64,000 nucleotides of DNA from Gemmatimonadales bacterium. Lineage in GTDB: Bacteria > Gemmatimonadota > Gemmatimonadetes > Gemmatimonadales > GWC2-71-9. The stretch covers positions 640,001-704,000 of the forward strand of contig JBBCJC010000002.1 in assembly GCA_037189525.1 (NCBI GenBank), in the 5' to 3' direction. Under the pieces are notes generated by a model that saw nothing but the letters and a program-made list of their open reading frames with translations, was not told the origin of the DNA and ran no database searches. Made by a program: the position numbers and the translations under genes. Of this stretch, positions 38,510 through 48,832 are shown in pieces. How positions within the stretch are numbered: the stretch's first letter is position 1; every line of letters starts with the position of its first letter.

Positions 38510-39088
38510 ATGTTGAGCCGAGCCGAAGCGCTGGAGCTGATGCACGAGTACACCGCATCCGACGCGCTCCGTAAACACATGTATGCGGTCGAGATCGCCA
38601 TGCGCGCCATGGCGGGGCAGTTCGGCGCGGACCCCGAGTATTGGGGTGTCGTCGGGCTGCTGCACGATTTCGACTATGAGCGGTTTCCCAACGACGCCCG
38701 TTCCGCCACCGAGGAACACCCGGCGGAAGGGGTACGCATTCTCGCCGCGCGCGGGCTGCCGCTCGATGCGCAGGAGGCGATTCTGGGTCACGCTGCCTAT
38801 ACCGGCGTCGCGCGCACCACGCCGCTGGCGCGTTCGCTCTTTGCGGTCGACGAGTTGTCCGGATTTCTGGTGGCCTGCGCATTGGTGCGGCCGTCGCGCT
38901 CACTGGCCGATCTCGAAGTTTCGAGCGTCAAGAAGAAACTTAAAGACAAGGCCTTTGCCCGCGGCGTCAGTCGCGAGGATGTGGCGACCGGTATCGCGGA
39001 GCTCGAGGTGTCGCCCGAGGCGCATATCGAGTTCGTGTTGACGGCGCTCCGACCGCACGAGCGTATTCTGGGGCTTGGCGGGGCGTGA
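38510..39088 (+). CDS. HDIG/HD-domain phosphohydrolase
   Basis: LRKH, GLLHDFDYE, H...G, AVDELSG, KDK.FA.GV.R. Confidence 0.9.
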   Translation: MLSRAEALELMHEYTASDALRKHMYAVEIAMRAMAGQFGADPEYWGVVGLLHDFDYERFPNDARSATEEHPAEGVRILAARGLPLDAQEAILGHAAYTGVARTTPLARSLFAVDELSGFLVACALVRPSRSLADLEVSSVKKKLKDKAFARGVSREDVATGIAELEVSPEAHIEFVLTALRPHERILGLGGA

Positions 39089-40500
39089 CCTCGATCGGTC
39101 GGTCGCAGCAGCAGGCGGCCGACGCCGTCGATCGGGCCATCGATCGCGCCGCGGGGGCGCGACCGATCCCCGGCAACCAGGTCCGTCTGTTCTTCGATGG
39201 ACCGGCCACCTTCGCCCAGATGCTCGAGCTGATCGAAACGGCTGAGCGCTGGGTCCATCTCGAGTCGTACATCTTTCGCAGCGATCAGATCGGACACCGG
39301 TTCGCGGACGCGCTTGCCAGGCGGGCCCGCGAAGGTCTGCCGGTGCGCGTCATGGTCGACTGGTTCGGGTCCTGGGAAACGCGGCGCAAGTTCTGGCGCC
39401 GGATGACCGATGCGGGCGTGGAGATCCGGCAGTTTCATCGCCCGCGTCCGGGCCAGCTCCGGACCTTGTTGAGTCGGAATCATCGTAAGCTCGTGGTGGC
39501 CGACGGCAGCCGCGCAATTCTGGGCGGCCTCTGTATCGGCGACGAGTGGGCCGGTGATCCCGCCCGCGGCCGATTGCCCTGGCGGGACTCATCGATCCTG
39601 GTCGAAGGACCGGGGGCGGCCGGGATCGATCAGACCTTTGCAGAGACCTGGCGATTGACTGGTTCGCCGCTGCCCGCCGAGCATGTCGCGGCGGATGTGC
39701 CGGAGCGGGGCAACGCGGCCATCCGGGTCTTGGCGGGCGAGCCGGCGCGTGAGCGCGCCTACCGGGTGTCGGAGTTGTTGCTGGCCGGCGCGAGCGAACG
39801 TGTCTGGGTCACCGATGCGTACCTGGTGGCGCCACGCCGGTTGTTCCGGTATCTGGTCGATGCCGCGCGCGAAGGGGTCGATGTCCGTTTGCTGGTGCCG
39901 GGGTCGAGTGATGTCCCCTGGGTGCGCAACGTGACGCGGATCGGCTATCGGGATCTGCTTCGGGCGGGAGTGCGGATCTTCGAGTGGGGCGGTTCGATGC
40001 TGCACGCCAAAACGGTGGTCGCCGATGGGCGGTGGGTGCGGATCGGCTCGAGCAATCTCAACCATTCGAGTTTGAGCGCCAATTTCGAACTCGATGTCCT
40101 GCTGGACGATCCACGAGTCGGCCACGAGATGGAGATCCAATTCCGTCGCGACCTCGAGTCGGCCTCCGAAGTCGTGACCCGCCCCGTCCGGGTGCCTCGG
40201 ATCAGTGCTGCATTTCCCGCAGCTTTGTCGATTTCGAACGGGCCTGACGCCCCCCACCGTCCCGGTTTCCGGGAGCGGCGGGAACGCTCGCTGCTTGCCG
40301 TGCGGACCCTGGCCGCCGGCGCCAGGTTGGCGCTGTTCGGGCCGCTTGCCCTGCTGCTGACCGGGGTAGGCGTACTGTTCTTCTTCTTTCCGCGGGCCAT
40401 GGCCGTGGTGTTCGGGGTGCTGTTTTCGCTGCTGGCCCTGGTCATCGGCGGGGAGGCCCTGCGCCGCCACCACGACCGGGTGCCGAGATCCGGTCGCTGA
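39085..40500 (+). CDS. Cardiolipin synthase (ClsB-like phospholipase D) with C-terminal TMs
   Basis: Two HKD motifs: NHRKLVVAD and LHAKTVVAD...GSSN. Confidence 0.88.
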   Translation: MTSIGRSQQQAADAVDRAIDRAAGARPIPGNQVRLFFDGPATFAQMLELIETAERWVHLESYIFRSDQIGHRFADALARRAREGLPVRVMVDWFGSWETRRKFWRRMTDAGVEIRQFHRPRPGQLRTLLSRNHRKLVVADGSRAILGGLCIGDEWAGDPARGRLPWRDSSILVEGPGAAGIDQTFAETWRLTGSPLPAEHVAADVPERGNAAIRVLAGEPARERAYRVSELLLAGASERVWVTDAYLVAPRRLFRYLVDAAREGVDVRLLVPGSSDVPWVRNVTRIGYRDLLRAGVRIFEWGGSMLHAKTVVADGRWVRIGSSNLNHSSLSANFELDVLLDDPRVGHEMEIQFRRDLESASEVVTRPVRVPRISAAFPAALSISNGPDAPHRPGFRERRERSLLAVRTLAAGARLALFGPLALLLTGVGVLFFFFPRAMAVVFGVLFSLLALVIGGEALRRHHDRVPRSGR

Positions 40501-40552
40501 CCGTCGTCCCCTCCGGCCTCAACAAATATCTTTCGGCATGCGTAGTACCGAT

Positions 40553-41098
40553 GTGACCGAGTCGCGGTTGGCCACGGCCGCCCGGATGGGCGACGCGGAT
40601 GCCTACGGGCGTCTCGTGCTGGCGCAGGGGGCTGTGGCTCGGCGGGTTGCCTACGGAATTCTGGGCAACTGGGATGAGGCGGACGACGTGGTGCAGGACG
40701 CCGCGCTGGCAGGCTGGCTCGCGATCGAGCGGTTCGATCCCGGACGGGCCTTTCGCCCCTGGTTTCTTCGGATCGTGTCGAACGCCGCGCTCGACCAGCT
40801 GCGACGCCGACGGGTCCGAGATAGTGATGTGCTCGACGACTCGATGCCGAGTCGAGCCGCAGGGCCGGATCGTGACGCCAATCGGTCGCTGCTTCGAGAT
40901 CGGATCAATGCGGCAATGGCGGGACTGTCGGAACGGCAGCGGGTGGCGGTGATGTTGTTTGACGGTGAAGGGTACAGTCATGCGGAAATTGCGGGCGTGC
41001 TGCAGGTGCCGGAAGGCACGGTTCGCTCTTACGTGTTTCACGCGCGGCGGGCGCTCCGGAAAGCGCTCGCTGCCCTGGTGGAGGCACCGTCCAGATGA
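40553..41098 (+). CDS. ECF sigma factor
   Basis: EADDVVQDA...FRPWFLRIVSN; L..RQR....L...EGYSHAEIA...EGTVRS; start GTG 40553 (leaderless) or ATG 40538. Confidence 0.9.
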   Translation: MTESRLATAARMGDADAYGRLVLAQGAVARRVAYGILGNWDEADDVVQDAALAGWLAIERFDPGRAFRPWFLRIVSNAALDQLRRRRVRDSDVLDDSMPSRAAGPDRDANRSLLRDRINAAMAGLSERQRVAVMLFDGEGYSHAEIAGVLQVPEGTVRSYVFHARRALRKALAALVEAPSR

Positions 41099-41433
41099 AT
41101 CGTTCTCCCTTTGACGCCGAGCGCGACGAAGAGCTGGGTGGATGGTTGCGTGAGGCGTTCACCGGTCCGGATCAGGATCGATTTCTCCGTCGGCTCGGAG
41201 CGGCACTCAACGGACTGCCGCTGCGCCGTTCCGCATGGGATGAGTTGGCCGGGTGGGGTCGCCCGCGCGTGTTGGCGGCGGCGATCGTCGCCGGGTTCGC
41301 GCTTGGCGTGGCGCTGTTTCAGGGATGGCGCGACCGCGGCCTGATCGAGCCGGCGCCGTCGGTGGCCGCCGCGCTGTTCGAACAGCCGGTCGATGCGCCG
41401 ATTCTCTACGCGGTGCTCGGAGGCGAACCGTGA
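41095..41433 (+). CDS. Putative anti-sigma factor (single TM)
   Basis: ATGA overlap with the ECF gene; one TM segment. Confidence 0.6.
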   Translation: MNRSPFDAERDEELGGWLREAFTGPDQDRFLRRLGAALNGLPLRRSAWDELAGWGRPRVLAAAIVAGFALGVALFQGWRDRGLIEPAPSVAAALFEQPVDAPILYAVLGGEP

Positions 41434-41822
41434 TGGCGCCACGCTCGGCGGCCGCTCGGCTGTTGATGCTTGCGTTTGCGCTCGGTGCGCTGGTCGGCGG
41501 CGGGATCATGCTGCTGGTCGACCGGACCATGGCCAAGGATGACCGTCCGCCGACGCAGGAGGGCGGGTACCTGGGCCGTCTGACCAGCGAGTTGAGTCTG
41601 ACCGAGTCGCAGCAGTCCTCGGTCAAGGAAGTGTTGCGCCGGCACGAGCCGGCGATGGATTCGGTGTGGGCGGAAGTCCGGTGGCAGTTCGATGGTCCGC
41701 GGCAAGCAGTCGCGCGGGATATCCGGACGCTGCTCACTCCCGAGCAAGTCACGAAATACGAGGCCTACCTGGCGCGCCGGGACAGTGCGCAGCGGGCGAA
41801 AGGGAAGCATGATCCGAAGTAG
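41433..41822 (+). CDS. Spy/CpxP-like periplasmic helical protein
   Basis: N-terminal TM; EL.LT..QQ and LLTPEQ..KY motifs. Confidence 0.7.
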   Translation: MAPRSAAARLLMLAFALGALVGGGIMLLVDRTMAKDDRPPTQEGGYLGRLTSELSLTESQQSSVKEVLRRHEPAMDSVWAEVRWQFDGPRQAVARDIRTLLTPEQVTKYEAYLARRDSAQRAKGKHDPK

Positions 41823-43110
41823 TGTGGCCGCCGTGGTGGTCCTCGGGATGGCAGCGGCCGGGGCCGTGGGGCAGGACAAGCCGGCATTGACGTTGACGGA
41901 GGCAGTCGAGCGGGCGCAGCGGGCACAGCCGCAGGTGGTGCAGGCCGAGAACGCGGTGCGTTCGGCGGACGCGCGGTTGCGCGCGGCCCGCGGTGCGTAT
42001 CTCCCCAACCTGACCCTGTCGAGTTCGGCGGGGCAGTTCTACACCGAGGGGCAGCGGATCGATCCGAGCACCGGTCAGCTCACGGCCAGCAACTCGACCA
42101 ATATCAGCTTGAACGGCAACGTACAGTCGAACATCGAACTGTTCGACGGCTTCCGGCGCGGCGCGGAATCGCGTTCGGCCCGGGCCAGCCGTGAGGCGGC
42201 GTCTGAAAATCTCGAGAATGCCCGCTTCAATCAGGAACTGCTGACGACCAACCAGTTCTTCGACGTGCTGGCTGCGCTGCAGCTGGTGCGGGTCCGCGAA
42301 GCCAGTGTCCGGCGTGCCGACGAGCAACTCAAGGTGTCGATCGCGCGGTTGCGGGCCGGTGCCGCGATCCGGTCCGATTCTCTGCGCTCGCTGGTGAACC
42401 TGGGCACGGCGCAGATCCAGTTGATCACGGCGCAATCGCAGCTGGCATCCGGCGAGGCCAACCTGGGCCGCCTGGTGGGCAACGAAGGGCCGGTCTCGGC
42501 CGTCGACGATTCGGCGTTCTATATGACGCATGCGGCGCTCGATACGCTGGCGCTGCGGACCGAGGCGCTCAATCGGTCGCCGCAGGTAATCGCGGCCGAG
42601 GCATCATATCGCGCGGCGCTGGCGACGGTCGACGTGGCCAAGGCCGGCTACTGGCCGACGCTCAATCTGGGCGGCTCGGCGTCGCTCAACGGCAGCCAGC
42701 AGAACGACTACCGCTTCAATCAGCAGCGGCAGGCGACGTTGTCGCTCAACTGGCAGGTCTTCAACCGGTTTACCCGGGAGCAGAACATTGCCAACCAGCG
42801 CGCCGCGGCCGACAACGCCGAGGCGACGGCGGCGGAAGCGCGCCGCCAGGTGCTGGCGAATCTCACGGCGCGCCTGGCCGAACTCGACGCGGCGCGGACC
42901 CGCTCTACGATTACCCAGACCAGTCTGGCGGCGGCTACCGAAGACCTTCGGGTCCAGCAGGAGCGCTACCGCCTGGGTGTTGCAACGATCGTCGATGTAC
43001 TGACCTCACAAGAGGCGCTGACGCAGGCCGAGGTCGATGTGGTGAATGCGCGGTTCGATTACCTGCGGGCGCGGGCCCAGATTCAGGCCCTGATCGGACG
43101 GAAACTATGA
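41809..43110 (+). CDS. TolC-family outer membrane efflux protein
   Basis: Signal peptide; two OEP repeats (YLPNL, YWPTL), RYRLG.ATI.DVL.SQ. Confidence 0.9.
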   Translation: MIRSSVAAVVVLGMAAAGAVGQDKPALTLTEAVERAQRAQPQVVQAENAVRSADARLRAARGAYLPNLTLSSSAGQFYTEGQRIDPSTGQLTASNSTNISLNGNVQSNIELFDGFRRGAESRSARASREAASENLENARFNQELLTTNQFFDVLAALQLVRVREASVRRADEQLKVSIARLRAGAAIRSDSLRSLVNLGTAQIQLITAQSQLASGEANLGRLVGNEGPVSAVDDSAFYMTHAALDTLALRTEALNRSPQVIAAEASYRAALATVDVAKAGYWPTLNLGGSASLNGSQQNDYRFNQQRQATLSLNWQVFNRFTREQNIANQRAAADNAEATAAEARRQVLANLTARLAELDAARTRSTITQTSLAAATEDLRVQQERYRLGVATIVDVLTSQEALTQAEVDVVNARFDYLRARAQIQALIGRKL

Positions 43111-43859
43111 GTGTGGCTTCGATCGAAACGACGGCGGAGCGGATGGCGCTGCTGCCGGCCGACGTTCCGCGCGATGCGGTCATCGTCGTGCGGGACCTGC
43201 ATCGCGAGTATGTGATGGGGAGCGAGGTCGTGCGCGCCTTGCGCGGCATCGATCTCACCATCCGCAAGAACGAATTTGTCGCCATCATGGGACCGTCGGG
43301 GTCGGGCAAATCGACCCTGATGAACATGATCGGGTGTTTGGACACACCGACCTCGGGTGAGTACTGGCTCAACGGGTATCGGGTCTCCGAACTGAGCGAC
43401 GACCAGCTGGCGCGGATTCGCAACAAGGAAATCGGGTTCGTCTTTCAGACGTTCAACCTGCTGCCCCGCGCGACGGCGCTGCAGAACGTCGAACTCCCGA
43501 TGGTGTACGCCGGGATCAGCTCGAAGGATCGCCGGACGGCGGCCGAGGCGGCGCTGGCCCGGGTCGGTCTGCAGGAACGGATGCATCATCGGCCGAACGA
43601 GTTGTCCGGTGGTCAGCGGCAGCGCGTCGCCATTGCGCGCGCGCTGGTTAACACGCCGAGCATCATCCTGGCCGACGAGCCGACCGGTAACCTCGACTCC
43701 AAGACGAGCGAGGAAATCCTGGCGCTGTTCGAGCAGCTGCACAACGAAGGACAGACGATCGTGCTGGTAACCCACGAGCCGGATATTGCGGCACACGCCC
43801 GCCGCCAGATCCATGTACGTGACGGGCGGGTGGAGCGCGATTTCGCGACGGAGAAGTGA
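43107..43859 (+). CDS. ABC transporter ATP-binding protein (MacB/LolD-like)
   Basis: [45 protein letters not shown]. Confidence 0.96.
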   Translation: MSVASIETTAERMALLPADVPRDAVIVVRDLHREYVMGSEVVRALRGIDLTIRKNEFVAIMGPSGSGKSTLMNMIGCLDTPTSGEYWLNGYRVSELSDDQLARIRNKEIGFVFQTFNLLPRATALQNVELPMVYAGISSKDRRTAAEAALARVGLQERMHHRPNELSGGQRQRVAIARALVNTPSIILADEPTGNLDSKTSEEILALFEQLHNEGQTIVLVTHEPDIAAHARRQIHVRDGRVERDFATEK

Positions 43860-45379
43860 TGACGGGACGTTTTGGTCGGGCGGCAGGAGTCGCATTGTTG
43901 ACATGGGTGGTCGGTGCCGGATGCAAACAACAGCAGGCGCCCGCCGTGTTGTATCAGTCGGTGCCGGTCGAGCGGCGCGATGTCGTCGTGTCGGCGCGGG
44001 CCACGGGTACGGTACAGCCCGATACGGTGGTTGAGGTCAAGTCGAAGGCGTCGGGCGAAATCCTCGAAATGCGTGCCGAGACGGGCGCCACCGTGCAGCG
44101 TGGCACCTTGCTGGTCCGGGTCGATCAGCGTTCGCCGCGCAACACGCTCAACCAGGCCGAGGCGGACCTGGAGGTGGCGCGCGCCCGGCTCCAGAATTCC
44201 GAGGCGCAGAAGCGGCGGTCCGACGAGCTTTTCAAGGAGCAGGTGATCACCGAGCAGGAACACGAGACGGCTGTGCTGGCGGTTGCCAACGCGCGTGCGG
44301 AAGTGATCCGTGGCCAGGTGGCGGTCGAGGAGTCGCGGATCGCGATGGAGGACACCGACGTCCTGGCGCCGATTGCCGGCACCATCATTGCCAAGAACGT
44401 CGAACGCGGCCAGGTCATTTCGTCGCCGACGCGAGACGTGGGCGGCGGTACGGTCCTGCTCACCATGGCCGACCTGGGTCTGGTGCAGGTGCGCACGCTG
44501 GTGGACGAGACCGATATCGGGAAAATCCGCTCCGGACTTCGGGCCACGGTGACGGTCGATGCCTATCCGAACCAGCCGTTTCACGGTGAGGTCCTCAAGA
44601 TCGAGCCGCAGGCGGAGACGCTCCAGAACGTGACCATGTTTCCGGTGCTGGTGCGGATCGACAATCGGAACGGTCTGCTCAAGCCGGGTATGAACGCCGA
44701 TGTCGAGTTGCACATCGGACGGCGCGACAGCGTTCTGGCGATTCCGAACGCGGCACTTCGGACCCAGCGGGATGTCGGGTCCGCGGCTACCGTGCTCGGG
44801 ATCTCCAATGAGGATCTCCAGTCGATGTTGACCGAGGCGCGGCGCACGGCTGAGACCGCGACGCAGCCGGCCGGGGGCGCCCGGGATTCGGCCGCGGCGC
44901 CGGCAGCCACGCAGGCGGCGGCCAATACCATGACTACACCGGACGGCCGGACCATCACGCTGCCTGAGGGCGTCACGGCGGCGCAGGCGCAGGCCATCTT
45001 CCGGAAGCGATTCTCCGGGGAAACGCTGACGGCCCAGGAGCAGCAGGTCATGCAGCAGCTCCAGCGCAGCTTCCGCGGCGGCGCGGGAGGCGGGGGCCGC
45101 GGTCGCCAGGCCGGCGGCGGCGGTGGCGGGAACGACTTCCAGTTCGGCGGCGACTACATCGTCTTCGTCCTCAAGAACGGCCGGCCGACGCCCGTGATGG
45201 TGCGTACCGGGTTGACCGATCTCGACTACAGCGAAGTGGTGCGCGGTTTGAGCCCGGAAGATTCGGTGCTGGTGCTGCCGAGCGCGAGCCTGGTGCAGCA
45301 GCAGCAGGAGCAGCGGACCCGGATCAATCAGATGACCGGGGGCGGTGGACTCCCCGGCGTGCGGACAGGAGGTCGGTAG
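43859..45379 (+). CDS. MacA-like periplasmic adaptor (lipoprotein)
   Basis: Lipobox-like GAGC; VEVKSKASG, APIAG, VDETDIG, LKPGM; start 43856 or 43859. Confidence 0.9.
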   Translation: MTGRFGRAAGVALLTWVVGAGCKQQQAPAVLYQSVPVERRDVVVSARATGTVQPDTVVEVKSKASGEILEMRAETGATVQRGTLLVRVDQRSPRNTLNQAEADLEVARARLQNSEAQKRRSDELFKEQVITEQEHETAVLAVANARAEVIRGQVAVEESRIAMEDTDVLAPIAGTIIAKNVERGQVISSPTRDVGGGTVLLTMADLGLVQVRTLVDETDIGKIRSGLRATVTVDAYPNQPFHGEVLKIEPQAETLQNVTMFPVLVRIDNRNGLLKPGMNADVELHIGRRDSVLAIPNAALRTQRDVGSAATVLGISNEDLQSMLTEARRTAETATQPAGGARDSAAAPAATQAAANTMTTPDGRTITLPEGVTAAQAQAIFRKRFSGETLTAQEQQVMQQLQRSFRGGAGGGGRGRQAGGGGGGNDFQFGGDYIVFVLKNGRPTPVMVRTGLTDLDYSEVVRGLSPEDSVLVLPSASLVQQQQEQRTRINQMTGGGGLPGVRTGGR

Positions 45380-45380
45380 C

Positions 45381-46595
45381 GTGATCGTCGGCGAAACGTT
45401 CAAGGTCGCGCTCTCGAGCATCCGGGCCAACAAGCTCCGGGCTTCGCTCACCATGCTGGGCATCATCATCGGCGTCGGCGCGGTGATCGCGGTCGTGGCG
45501 CTGGGAACCGGTGCGCAGCGGGCGGTCGAGGAGCGGATCAAGGCGCTCGGCACCAACGTGCTGACCGTCTTTCCCGGGCAGTCGTTCATGGGAGGGCGCG
45601 CCTCGGACGTTCGGGTCAACCTCACGGTCGACGATTCCGACGCCCTGCGTGCTGACGCCAAGCTGATTGCGGAGGTCGTGCCGGAGATTTCCCGGAACAT
45701 GACGGTCGTGTACGGTAATCAGAACCTCAACTCGAGCATCGTCGGGACCACCCCGAACTTTCTGCCGGTCAAGAACTTCCAGGTCGAATACGGTGAGATG
45801 TTCACCACCGGCGATGATGCGGCCCGGCAGCGGTATGCCGTGATCGGCAGCGCCATCCCGACCATGCTGAATGCCAACCCCGCAGCGTTGATCAAGCAGA
45901 CCATCTCGATCGGCGGGCAGAACTTCGAAGTGATCGGCGTGCTCGCGGCCAAGGGCGCGGCCATGTCGTTTCAGAACCCGGACGAGCAGATCCTGATTCC
46001 GCTCAGCACGGCGCGGTATCGGTTGATGGGCACCGACCGGCTCCGGCAGATCAGCCTCCAGGTGCGTGATGGCGTTCCGCTCGACCAGGGCATGGTCGAC
46101 ATCGAACGGATCATGCGGCGGGAGCACAAGATCCGCCCGGGGGCGCCGAACGACTTCCAGATCCGCAACCAGCAGGAGTTCCTCGCGACGCAGCAGCAGA
46201 CCACGCAGGTCTTCGGCGTGCTGCTGGCCAGTATCGCGGCAGTGTCGCTGGTGGTGGGCGGTATCGGAATCATGAACATCATGCTGGTGTCCGTCACCGA
46301 ACGGACCCGTGAGATCGGCGTGCGCCGCGCATTGGGCGCCACCAAACTCAACATCATGGGGCAGTTCCTGGTCGAGGCCGTGGTGCTCTGCCTGATGGGC
46401 GGGTTGTTCGGCGTGCTGGCCGGCGCGGCTGGTGCGAAGGCGATGTCCAAGTTCCTGGGCTGGACCACCATCGTCTCGCCGACGGCGGTGATGGTGGCCT
46501 TCCTGTTCAGCGCCTTCGTAGGACTCTTTTTCGGGCTCTGGCCCGCGCGCCGAGCGGCCAGTCTCAATACGATCGACGCGCTGCGGTACGAGTAA
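45381..46595 (+). CDS. MacB-type ABC permease
   Basis: NKLR..LTMLGIIIGV.AVI, VGGIGIMNIMLVSVTERTREIG.R.ALGA, ALRYE. Confidence 0.95.
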   Translation: MIVGETFKVALSSIRANKLRASLTMLGIIIGVGAVIAVVALGTGAQRAVEERIKALGTNVLTVFPGQSFMGGRASDVRVNLTVDDSDALRADAKLIAEVVPEISRNMTVVYGNQNLNSSIVGTTPNFLPVKNFQVEYGEMFTTGDDAARQRYAVIGSAIPTMLNANPAALIKQTISIGGQNFEVIGVLAAKGAAMSFQNPDEQILIPLSTARYRLMGTDRLRQISLQVRDGVPLDQGMVDIERIMRREHKIRPGAPNDFQIRNQQEFLATQQQTTQVFGVLLASIAAVSLVVGGIGIMNIMLVSVTERTREIGVRRALGATKLNIMGQFLVEAVVLCLMGGLFGVLAGAAGAKAMSKFLGWTTIVSPTAVMVAFLFSAFVGLFFGLWPARRAASLNTIDALRYE

Positions 46596-46606
46596 CCCGC
46601 TGTTCG

Positions 46607-46640
46607 GCCGGCCGCGGCGGGCTCCCCGCCGCGCGCCGGT
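46607..46640. terminator. GC-rich stem-loop after the efflux operon
   Basis: CGCGGCGGG-CTC-CCCGCCGCG core hairpin; weak T-tract. Confidence 0.45.
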
Positions 46641-46661
46641 CTTCCTATCTTGCCTCACCTC

Positions 46662-47657
46662 ATGCCTACCAGCGTAATACTCGGCACTGGCCGAGCCGTT
46701 CCGGAGCGGGTCGTCACCAACGATGAGCTCGCAGCTTTGATCGATACGTCCGACGAATGGATCCGAACCAGGACCGGCATCGAACGCCGGCATTGGATCA
46801 CGCCGGGCGAAACCGGCGTTGCCCTTGCCGTCACGGCATCGCGGCAGGCGCTCGCGATGGCCGGTATCGAACCGGGCGAGCTCGATGCCATCGTCTACTC
46901 GTCGTCGACTCCGGACCAGTTTCTTCCCGGCAACGGTGTGTTGCTGCAGGATCGGCTCGGCGCCAGGACCATTCCGGCAATCGATCTTCGGATGCAGTGC
47001 GCGGGATTCATCTACGGTCTGTCCGTCGCCGACAACTTCATCCGGCTGGGCACCTACCGGAAGATTCTGGTGGTGGGGCAGGAGATCCAGTCCACCCGGA
47101 TGGACGTGAGCGACCGGGGTCGCAACACGGCGGTGATCTTTGCGGACGGAGCGGGGGCGGTGGTCCTCGCAGCGACTGAGGAGCCGGGGCGCGGTATTCT
47201 GGCCGTCGATCTGGGCTCGGACGGAGCGCACGCCGAAACGCTCTGGGTACCGGAGCCGGGTGCGATCTGGTCGCCGATGATCAATGCGGAGCGGTACGCG
47301 GCTGGCCGGTATTTCCTGCACATGGATGGGAAAGAAGTCTTTCGTCACGCGGTGGAGCGGATGCCGGCGTCGGTGCGCAGCTGTCTGGACCGTGCGGGGC
47401 TGGCTCCGGCCGACCTCGATCTCCTGATTCCGCACCAGGCCAACGCTCGGATTACCGACGCGGTGCAGCGGTCGCTCGGGCTCCGGGACGATCAGGTCTA
47501 CGGTAACATTGCCCGGTACGGCAACACCACCTCGGCAAGCATCCCGATTGCGCTCGATGAATGTGTGCGCGCCGAGCGGGTGCGGCCTGGCGCGCAGGTG
47601 GCGTTTACGGCGTTCGGGTCGGGATTTGTCTGGGGCAGCGTCCTGCTGCGCTGGTAG
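46662..47657 (+). CDS. fabH: 3-oxoacyl-ACP synthase III
   Basis: DEWI.TRTGI.RR, catalytic C (QCAGF), H (PHQAN), N (YGNTTSASIP). Confidence 0.93.
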   Translation: MPTSVILGTGRAVPERVVTNDELAALIDTSDEWIRTRTGIERRHWITPGETGVALAVTASRQALAMAGIEPGELDAIVYSSSTPDQFLPGNGVLLQDRLGARTIPAIDLRMQCAGFIYGLSVADNFIRLGTYRKILVVGQEIQSTRMDVSDRGRNTAVIFADGAGAVVLAATEEPGRGILAVDLGSDGAHAETLWVPEPGAIWSPMINAERYAAGRYFLHMDGKEVFRHAVERMPASVRSCLDRAGLAPADLDLLIPHQANARITDAVQRSLGLRDDQVYGNIARYGNTTSASIPIALDECVRAERVRPGAQVAFTAFGSGFVWGSVLLRW

Positions 47658-47660
47658 CGG

Positions 47661-48092
47661 CTAGCGCGCCACCAGCGGATACTTGCGGGAGTAGTAATCG
47701 CCGGTACGGTACCCGACGGCGCGGTAGAGCTGCTGGTTCGGGTCGTCGACGTCCTGGATGAACAGGTGGAGCGATCCGGGCCACATAGTGGCCTGCATGG
47801 TCCAGCGGTCTTCCTCAGACACGTAGACCCACTGCAGTGCGCCACCGCCCGCGTCGGTCAGGTGGACTCGGCTGGCCCGTTCGAGCGACACCTTTTCGGG
47901 CAGACCGGCTACGGCGGCGCCCCAGGGTTCGAGTTCGATGGTGGCCTGCATCCAGGTGTCGACGATCAGCGTACCGGCAATCGGGTTGGCCATCGAGGGG
48001 ACTTCGAAATCGACACTCCACTCGCCCAGCACGTCCCAGGCGTGGTCCATGGGGCCGATATTGGGTATCTCGATGGTGGGATGCTTCGTCAT
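47661..48092 (-). CDS. Hypothetical protein (beta-rich)
   Basis: SD GGAG upstream of ATG; fills the gap between flanking genes; no motif recognised. Confidence 0.7.
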   Translation of the reverse strand: MTKHPTIEIPNIGPMDHAWDVLGEWSVDFEVPSMANPIAGTLIVDTWMQATIELEPWGAAVAGLPEKVSLERASRVHLTDAGGGALQWVYVSEEDRWTMQATMWPGSLHLFIQDVDDPNQQLYRAVGYRTGDYYSRKYPLVAR

Positions 48093-48292
48093 GGTTTCTC
48101 CGGCTGGTCCGGGAGGTCCCGGGCGGTCGGTTCCTGGAAAGGTGGCGCAAACGGCGTCACTTTTCGTCCGCGGCTTTCCTGCGGGTAGCGGTAGTATCGG
48201 CAGGGGTGCCGGAGTATGAAGGGCTGAAACAGGGCGGCATCCTGTTGCGTACTGGAACGCCAGGACGGATTCAAGCGAACGGAGGTGGTAAC

Positions 48293-48559
48293 GTGTTCGA
48301 GATCCTATCGTTGGCCCTGGCTGTGGGGGTCGGGGTGTTGTCGTTCGGGTTTGCGCGCGGGTTCGTGCGGCGCCGGCTTCGGTTCGTGGACGGGGTCTAC
48401 TCCCCGGTGGTTCCGGTCATTGCGGCGGTCGGGGCTGCTTTGGTCGCCCTCCCGCTGACCCTATTGCCGCTGATCACGGGGTTTACGGCCGCGGTCTTCG
48501 GGCTCGGGGCGGGGTTGGGTACGGCCAGCGGGGTCAAGGCGCTCAAGCGGGGCGAGTAG
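48293..48559 (+). CDS. Small hydrophobic membrane protein (88 aa)
   Basis: GGAGGT SD then GTG; MFEILSLALAVGVG...; about 3 TM segments. Confidence 0.7.
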   Translation: MFEILSLALAVGVGVLSFGFARGFVRRRLRFVDGVYSPVVPVIAAVGAALVALPLTLLPLITGFTAAVFGLGAGLGTASGVKALKRGE

Positions 48560-48589
48560 TCCCGGGTGGGCTCCGCTTATCTTTGGGTC

Positions 48590-48832
48590 ATGGCTACCGT
48601 GACCTGTGTGCGCTGCGGCGAGACCCGAGACGGCGTTCCGTTCCGCCCGTTTCCGAATGAGCTGGGCCAGCGCATTGTCGACCAGATCTGCAACGTCTGT
48701 TGGGCCGAGTGGCTCAAGCTGCAGCAGCAGCTGATCAACCACTACGGCCTCAATCTGCGGGACCAGCGCGCCAAGGAGTTCCTCTACGGCGAACTGGACA
48801 AACTGCTCTTTACCAACGCATCCCAATCCTGA
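48590..48832 (+). CDS. Fe(II)-trafficking / oxidative damage protection protein (YggX-like)
   Basis: V.C, PFP..LGQRI...IC..CW.EW...Q..LIN..GLN. Confidence 0.88.
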   Translation: MATVTCVRCGETRDGVPFRPFPNELGQRIVDQICNVCWAEWLKLQQQLINHYGLNLRDQRAKEFLYGELDKLLFTNASQS

